From assembly GCA_964549075.1 (NCBI GenBank), contig CAZJUB010000079.1, forward strand, positions 1 to 12,005: a stretch of DNA of 12,005 nucleotides, given 5' to 3'. A program made the translations under genes and the position numbers. Below, piece after piece: positions 6,649 to 12,005 of this stretch (position 1 is its first letter; every line of letters starts with the position of its first letter). The notes below the pieces were generated by a model. That model did no database searches. It worked only from the letters and a program-made list of their open reading frames with translations, and was not told the origin of the DNA. Source of the stretch: an uncultured archaeon (lineage in GTDB: Archaea; Asgardarchaeota; Heimdallarchaeia; Heimdallarchaeales; Heimdallarchaeaceae).

Positions 6649-9354
6649 TTAAATACCTTCCACTAGATCAATGTATTTTTCATCATAAGAAATTTCAGGA
6701 ATTTGTTTTTTCAACAATTTATAATTTATAATACCTACTATTAGAGTTATGATTAACATACTTAATATTAAACAACAAACAAGAATTATAGATAATGGCA
6801 AAATAAAGAAATGTATTTTTAAAGAATCAGATGGCTGAATCGCTAAAATAATCATAGTTGAAAGAATCCAGCCGATAATAATACCAATAAAATTTAGAAA
6901 ATTTAGAAAAATAAAGATTGGAAATAATGCAAGTTTTATTCCATTCTTAATAGACATTCCTCTTGAAAAAAATACTTTAAAGCTTTCAACTTGTTTATTA
7001 AAAAGTTGGATGGAATTCTCAAAAAGGAATAATAATAGAGTAATTCCTAATAGTATTATTAATATTAACAGAAATTTTGGTTGAATGATCATATGTTGAT
7101 AATCCTTATCGCTAAATCTTATGTTAGTAAAATCAATTATTTCTATACCTAAGTGTTTTACAGAATTGAGTTCTGTAATTTGATCAATTAGAATCTCTTT
7201 TGTAACAGTCTTATTAAGACTAATAACCGAGATAATATCAAGGTTTTCTGTTTCTAAAAGATTATCTTCAAAGTCACTATTCAGTATTATGAATTTAACA
7301 ATAACAGCATTAGTGTTTCCACTATAATAATTCTTTGTAAACCATGTAAAAAGAGGTATTGTTTCAACAAAATCATCAATTTGACCAGAGTAATATTTGT
7401 CAGTTTCCCTCATGTGAAATAATAAATTCTCTCCTATGCTTTTAGCTGTATACATACTTACTCCTTTAGAAATAATCATTGAAGTTTTATTCAGAGATAG
7501 GTCTTCTTTGACTTCTTGAGTCGTTTTTAATCCAGAATATGAATCTTTGAACTTTATATTTTCAAACAAATTTCCTATCTTTGTAGAGTTGATGCAAAAA
7601 CCATCTAGAGAAAATGGCCATCCTTCAACTCTACTTGCAGTTAATTTGAAATGAATTAACTCAATTGATTTATTCACATATTCATGAAGCTCGTTTTCAA
7701 CATTATTTCTGCTTGAAATTGGATATTTAATAGTTATATCACATAGTTGATTGAACTGTTCGTTTTCAATCAAATAATGTTTGTAGGAATCTATAACTGA
7801 GAAGGAAGCAGATATTAGCAGAATGTAAATTACTAGAAGTTTGAACATTAAATTTCTTTGCAATATTATTTTTTTCGACATTTGTTTTGTAAACCTGAAG
7901 ATTTTATTCCTTTTAGTGAAAACAGAGTTTATTGCAATTCCAATTTTCAATAAAGAATCTCTGGTTATTACAAAACTAAAAATTAAAATTAAGATAAAAT
8001 ACACAATTAGCTTCCACATTTTTAATGAATCTTGAAAATCCCATAAGATTTCAAGTGATAAAGTAATTAAAATGATAAAAATAGCAGATGGAATTGATAG
8101 CAATCCAATTTCTTTAATTAAGGATCTTGTTCTTCCAGTAACAGTACTTTTTGTTGATTGGTAACTATTTTTTTTTCCTATGGATCTTAAAAGCATTATA
8201 ATTTGATAAGCACCACAAGCAATAACTATCAATATTTGAGTACCTGCTAAAATTAGGTAATTTTGTGAAAATTTGAGAAAAGCTGGTGTAATTGAAAGAA
8301 GAATTATTATCGAGAGAAGTAAAGAAACCAAATATGTATAAAACATTATCTTAATCTCACTCCTTAAAAATAATTTATATATTTCAGATTTTTTACCTCC
8401 TCTGATTCTAAATAAATTGATAGTGTCTCTCTGATTAGAGATATATGTTTTTGTTGTGATGTAAATTAAAGAAACAATAAAAACTCCTACAATTAGGATA
8501 ACAGGAATCAATTGAAAATTAGAAAAAAAACTATATTCATTATTGAAATACATTAACTTTTCCCTTAGAAGATCTTGTTGAAAGCTATACTCGTCTCCAG
8601 GATATTGGTAACCAAAATATGAATTTAATTGACTCTCTTTTACTTTCAGAAAATCAGTAATTTTAGCAAAAACAGTAGAATAAATTGCATCTCTTTTAAA
8701 TTGAAATAGAAATAGATTATATGTTTTAACATCACTTAATTCTTCAACAAACAAATTTTTGAAAGTTTCATCATTAATAAATATATAGAATAAATCTGGC
8801 TTAAATTCATGTCTAAGAATATCACGTAAGCTACTACTAACAAAAATTTCCTCCCTTTGAACAATATTGGTTAGTAACAATGTTTCATTTATCTCTAAAC
8901 CATTATATAGTTTGAAAGATATGAGTATTTGGTTGCTATCATTAAAATATTCATTCTGAAGCGAACTTTCAATAACAAATTCACCTGTATTTAATGTCAA
9001 ATTGGCATATTTATGGTAATATGAACTTGGTGCCCAGATTATAGCGAAATTTGTTCTATTGAATTCACCTATTCTGATTTCACTTTCTAAATAACCCATA
9101 TATTCATAATCTTCTAAAGAAAATAAATTATTAATATTTGTTTTGGAAAAATTTGGATTTTGGAACACTGAGGAGTTTTCATTTAGAATTAAGTAGTCAG
9201 GATAGCAATTTGAAATAATACTTTCATAATTTTCATAATAATTGCTACTACTACTAGCATAAACTACAAAGAAACATAGAGATGCAACTAGTAAGGGTAT
9301 AAAAAGAAAAACTACTTTGTCTTTTTTCTTTGTATTAAAAAGCATTATTTTCAA
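6649..9354 (-). CDS. Large FtsX/MacB-like (type VII ABC) permease with duplicated architecture
   Basis: About 900 aa with the same topology as its neighbour. FtsX coupling motifs are NQRDTINLFRIRGGKKSEIYKLFLRSE and FKVFFSRGMSIKNG. The start is either TTG 9354 or ATG 9345. Confidence 0.87.
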   Translation of the reverse strand: MKIMLFNTKKKDKVVFLFIPLLVASLCFFVVYASSSSNYYENYESIISNCYPDYLILNENSSVFQNPNFSKTNINNLFSLEDYEYMGYLESEIRIGEFNRTNFAIIWAPSSYYHKYANLTLNTGEFVIESSLQNEYFNDSNQILISFKLYNGLEINETLLLTNIVQREEIFVSSSLRDILRHEFKPDLFYIFINDETFKNLFVEELSDVKTYNLFLFQFKRDAIYSTVFAKITDFLKVKESQLNSYFGYQYPGDEYSFQQDLLREKLMYFNNEYSFFSNFQLIPVILIVGVFIVSLIYITTKTYISNQRDTINLFRIRGGKKSEIYKLFLRSEIKIMFYTYLVSLLLSIIILLSITPAFLKFSQNYLILAGTQILIVIACGAYQIIMLLRSIGKKNSYQSTKSTVTGRTRSLIKEIGLLSIPSAIFIILITLSLEILWDFQDSLKMWKLIVYFILILIFSFVITRDSLLKIGIAINSVFTKRNKIFRFTKQMSKKIILQRNLMFKLLVIYILLISASFSVIDSYKHYLIENEQFNQLCDITIKYPISSRNNVENELHEYVNKSIELIHFKLTASRVEGWPFSLDGFCINSTKIGNLFENIKFKDSYSGLKTTQEVKEDLSLNKTSMIISKGVSMYTAKSIGENLLFHMRETDKYYSGQIDDFVETIPLFTWFTKNYYSGNTNAVIVKFIILNSDFEDNLLETENLDIISVISLNKTVTKEILIDQITELNSVKHLGIEIIDFTNIRFSDKDYQHMIIQPKFLLILIILLGITLLLFLFENSIQLFNKQVESFKVFFSRGMSIKNGIKLALFPIFIFLNFLNFIGIIIGWILSTMIILAIQPSDSLKIHFFILPLSIILVCCLILSMLIITLIVGIINYKLLKKQIPEISYDEKYIDLVEGI

Positions 9355-9376
9355 TCCTTTTAAATCATATACAACC

Positions 9377-9390
9377 TTTTAAACCTTATT
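9377..9390 (-). promoter_or_regulatory. Candidate internal TATA box for the permease-permease-ATPase operon
   Basis: The minus strand reads AATAAGG TTTAAAA, with the box 23-29 nt upstream of TTG 9354. Confidence 0.4.
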
Positions 9391-9393
9391 CAT

Positions 9394-9416
9394 AAAAAAA
9401 TAGAAAAAGAGGAAAT
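9394..9416 (-). terminator. Putative oligo-T terminator after the secreted-protein gene
   Basis: The minus strand reads TTTCCTCTTTTTCTATTTTTTT about 15 nt after the TAG stop at 9431. Confidence 0.55.
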
Positions 9417-9430
9417 GATTCTATTACTAA

Positions 9431-10039
9431 CTAGCCCATATTTGAGTAATAGTAATCAATTGTCACCTCTATCCACACATGGTTATCTAATGTATAATAA
9501 GGCCAATAAAAATAGTCATAAGGATTAAAAGAAGCATATGTTCGATCTGTTCCATGAGGTATTGCACCTACTGGATATCCCTCTATATTACGTATGCCTT
9601 GTGCATAAGCTTCTAACCATAGACTATTACTTTCTAGGTAATAAATTGTACCTTCAGTTGATTTTATTTTTATGAAGAGTTTACCTCTAAAAAGAAGATC
9701 ATCTGCAAATGGAGCATCGTTATCCCACATCTCTACGATGAAATAATCTAAACCAGGAACGTAATGTTCAGCTGTCAAAGAAACATCAGATATATCGTGA
9801 TCTCCATTACCAAGTTTTATGTCATCACTTTCTGTATTTAATAAAGTCACTCCACCTCTGTTTTTTATTATAAAGTATATTTCTCCTTTACCTATATCAT
9901 CTCCATCAAAATAAAGGTAGATATGAGTTATATCTATTGTAACATCGAAGTAGTTAGGTGTTACAGCGTTGACTTGAGTCATTCCAAAAAATAAAAAGAG
10001 TGAAATAACACTAACAAATATATTATACTTTGTTTTAAT
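9431..10039 (-). CDS. Putative secreted acidic beta-rich protein with C2-domain-like Asp loops; probable ATT start
   Basis: The ORF-track 183 aa (from ATG 9982) extends in frame to (I)KTKYNIFVSVISLFLFFGMTQVNA|VTP, a typical signal peptide. ATT at 10039 is preceded by AAGGTGG-AAGT. The mature part has DGDDIGKGEIYF and VEMWDNDAPFADDLL and no C-terminal anchor. Confidence 0.75.
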   Translation of the reverse strand: MKTKYNIFVSVISLFLFFGMTQVNAVTPNYFDVTIDITHIYLYFDGDDIGKGEIYFIIKNRGGVTLLNTESDDIKLGNGDHDISDVSLTAEHYVPGLDYFIVEMWDNDAPFADDLLFRGKLFIKIKSTEGTIYYLESNSLWLEAYAQGIRNIEGYPVGAIPHGTDRTYASFNPYDYFYWPYYTLDNHVWIEVTIDYYYSNMG

Positions 10040-10074
10040 ACTTCCACCTTCATTAAATGCACTTTAATGTGCAC

Positions 10075-10100
10075 TTATTAAATAAATTATTATTTAATAA
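10075..10100. repeat. 11-bp perfect inverted repeat with 4-nt spacer overlapping the TATA box
   Basis: TTATTAAATAA-ATTA-TTATTTAATAA. Confidence 0.6.
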
Positions 10101-10108
10101 ATGTTTCG
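10093..10108 (-). promoter_or_regulatory. BRE + TATA box for the secreted-protein gene
   Basis: The minus strand reads CGAAACA TTTATTAAA. This predicts a start site near 10070-10075 and a short leader containing the SD. Confidence 0.5.
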
Positions 10109-10152
10109 TATAGTAATCGGAATTTTTAATATTAAATATTTCTTAATATAAT

Positions 10153-10178
10153 TAATTAACAAAATAATTAACAAAATA
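10153..10178. repeat. 12-bp tandem direct repeat (2.2 copies)
   Basis: TAATTAACAAAA TAATTAACAAAA TA. Confidence 0.65.
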
Positions 10179-10548
10179 CAATTTTTTCCTCAATAATTTG
10201 TTTAATTTTTCTAAAGGATAAATAAATAGAAAACGCTTGTAAAAATCTTTGATATTCTTTCTTCAAATATTAAAAAAATTCTTTTACTTACTCATTTTCT
10301 AGATTTGTGAAAGATATACAATTCATATACTTTTTTCAAGAAGTACAAGATAAATGTCATAAACTTTTGTTGAACCTATATTAGATAAAAAAAGATTTCT
10401 GAGTAATATTAATTACGTTATACATGTTATTAACACTTATTTTCTATAAGAGATTATTTAGCTTCTATCATTTCTTAAGAACTAAATTAGTTTTGTTAAT
10501 TCTTAGATTGGTTTTTACTAATTTTAGTAGAATACTTCTATTATCGTA

Positions 10549-10597
10549 AAAATAAAGATTTATTAGCAGTATGTTTTTAGAAGGTTTTAAGTGAGGA
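10549..10597 (+). promoter_or_regulatory. BRE/TATA-like box and SD for the large + strand ORF
   Basis: Purine-rich AAAATAAAGA is followed by TTTATTA (10559-10565). GTGAGGA at 10591-10597 lies 6 nt before ATG 10604. Confidence 0.5.
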
Positions 10598-10603
10598 ATA
10601 ATT

Positions 10604-12005
10604 ATGGATGTAGTTCTATTCGAAGGGACATTACAGAATGCGAAAATCTCTTTTGGATTATTAACAAAGCAAAAAGCTCTAGTATTCGAAAAAGGTGGAA
10701 AATACCTCCTCCCCAAAGACAGAAGTAAAAAGGTTATAGAACTTCCAGAAGAAGTTGATTTAAAAAAGATTAAAAAAGCAGCAAAAGAGACAGAAAAAGC
10801 TCTTGAAATTTATCTAAATCATCGAGATCTCGGTGCAACTACTTATGGTAGTCTTTTAGTTGAATATTACATAAAAGAAAAAGTTCAGCTAGAACCTTTA
10901 TTTGAGGAATTAGATGCTGAAGGAAAGAAGTTTATCCAACCTATTTATGATCAAATTTTGAAGATAGCATTTTATAAACATGGAGCTACTTTTCCTGACT
11001 ATTTCAAAGAAGCAAAAGTCATTTCTCGTTATGCAATGATGGACTTAGAATTAGTTTTTGGAACACTGGTAAAGGATTTTGCTAGTTTTCTCTTTAAAGA
11101 ATCAAGTCCAGTCTCTATCTATCCATTACGCTATTCAACTAGAGAAATTACAGATAAAGACTTAGACAAAATGGAAGAACTTTATGCAGAAAGAATAGAA
11201 CAATGGTTAAAATGGAGAACTGTTTTAAGAAATTCAGAATTTCTTTATAATTTCATGATTCATTGGTTATTCCAAGTTCTAGAAAAGCTTTATCCTGAAG
11301 ATCAAGAAGCTATAAAAGAAACTATTGAAGATGCAGAAAGAATTGAAATATTTAACAATCCTGATGTTTTAGCAGCTCTTCAAACTGGACAAGATTTTGA
11401 AGCTGAAGATTTTTCCCAAGTCAGTATGAACAAACATCTTCTTTACTATTACTCGATGCAATATACTTTTGATGAAAAAGTGTTATCTTTCAAAAAATAT
11501 AAGCAAACACCAAGCTTTGGATATCAAGATTTATTCATCTCAATGGCAAATTTCTATGCCTCTATGCCTATTTTTGCTAATTTCAATCCTCTTTTTTCCA
11601 TGATTACGGGGGGTTTGATTGAATGGATAGAACAGAATCTTACATTTCAAGCAATGCGAGGAAACCAACAGATGGATCCATATAATATTATCCCTAATGC
11701 GTTGACTTTTCTTTTAGCTATTGTTAGTTCAAAATCGAAGAAGTTAAACGAGAAAAAGTATCTCTTAATCAAGACAATTCAAAAATTATTAACTCCAGAA
11801 GTTTTAAAAGAAGGTCTAAGCTGGGTGAAACAATCTCAAATTGCTTTTCAAGGTAAAGATCCTGAGAAATTTTCAACCGAAGTAACAGATAAAGAAGTTG
11901 AAGAAAAATTAAAAGAGATTGAAGAAAAAGCAAAGGAGTACATAAAGGAACTTAAAGTAGCTCCAGTAAAAAAGAAAGAATTTAACTTGATAATTGATGA
12001 GCTCG
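10604..12005 (+). CDS. Large hypothetical soluble, mostly alpha-helical protein, 3'-truncated (>=467 aa)
   Basis: Manual translation gives an uninterrupted frame from ATG 10604 (MDVVLFEGTLQNAKISFGLL...) to the window end (...KKKEFNLIIDEL), with a good SD and Glu/Lys-rich coding bias. It is absent from the ORF track because it has no stop in the window. I recognise no family motif. Confidence 0.9.
   Translation, partial: MDVVLFEGTLQNAKISFGLLTKQKALVFEKGGKYLLPKDRSKKVIELPEEVDLKKIKKAAKETEKALEIYLNHRDLGATTYGSLLVEYYIKEKVQLEPLFEELDAEGKKFIQPIYDQILKIAFYKHGATFPDYFKEAKVISRYAMMDLELVFGTLVKDFASFLFKESSPVSIYPLRYSTREITDKDLDKMEELYAERIEQWLKWRTVLRNSEFLYNFMIHWLFQVLEKLYPEDQEAIKETIEDAERIEIFNNPDVLAALQTGQDFEAEDFSQVSMNKHLLYYYSMQYTFDEKVLSFKKYKQTPSFGYQDLFISMANFYASMPIFANFNPLFSMITGGLIEWIEQNLTFQAMRGNQQMDPYNIIPNALTFLLAIVSSKSKKLNEKKYLLIKTIQKLLTPEVLKEGLSWVKQSQIAFQGKDPEKFSTEVTDKEVEEKLKEIEEKAKEYIKELKVAPVKKKEFNLIIDEL

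Noticed and set aside
7841-8035. 64-aa + strand ORF
   Set aside because: Antisense to the permease and low complexity.
10125-10136. Palindrome TTTAATATTAAA
   Set aside because: A pure A/T 12-mer in a very AT-rich tract is expected by chance.
10040-10603. AT-rich gap as replication origin, CRISPR array/leader or RNA gene
   Set aside because: There are no ORB G-strings or adjacent orc1/cdc6, no regularly spaced repeats, and no GC-rich stems or tRNA cloverleaf.
10468-10716. 82-aa minus-strand ORF
   Set aside because: It overlaps the start and promoter of the much longer + strand ORF at 10604, which has a clear SD.

Overview
AT-rich, gene-dense prokaryotic window. Archaeal origin is inferred from BRE/TATA boxes about 23-31 nt upstream of several apparently leaderless starts, GGTG/GAGG-type ribosome-binding sites, oligo-T terminators without hairpins and many N-glycosylation sequons in extracytoplasmic domains. 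The gene mix suggests an Asgard (Heimdallarchaeia-like) lineage, but the window has no marker gene to prove it. Left to right: the 3' part of a PlsY-like glycerol-3-phosphate acyltransferase (+); an HdeD/DUF308-like membrane protein, a PLP-dependent class I/II aminotransferase and a ClbS/DfsB (DinB-superfamily) protein (all -); a four-gene minus-strand cassette of a secreted acidic protein with C2-like Asp loops, two giant duplicated MacB/FtsX permeases and one LolD/MacB-type ATPase; a ~560 bp AT-rich divergent promoter region with repeats; and a large unknown + strand ORF that runs off the window and is missing from the ORF track. The best candidate for an undescribed system is the secreted protein plus twin-permease type VII ABC cassette. 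The secreted protein's signal peptide appears only if translation starts at a non-canonical ATT. The second point of interest is the bacterial-type PlsY in an apparently archaeal genome, with Gln in place of the conserved motif-3 His.
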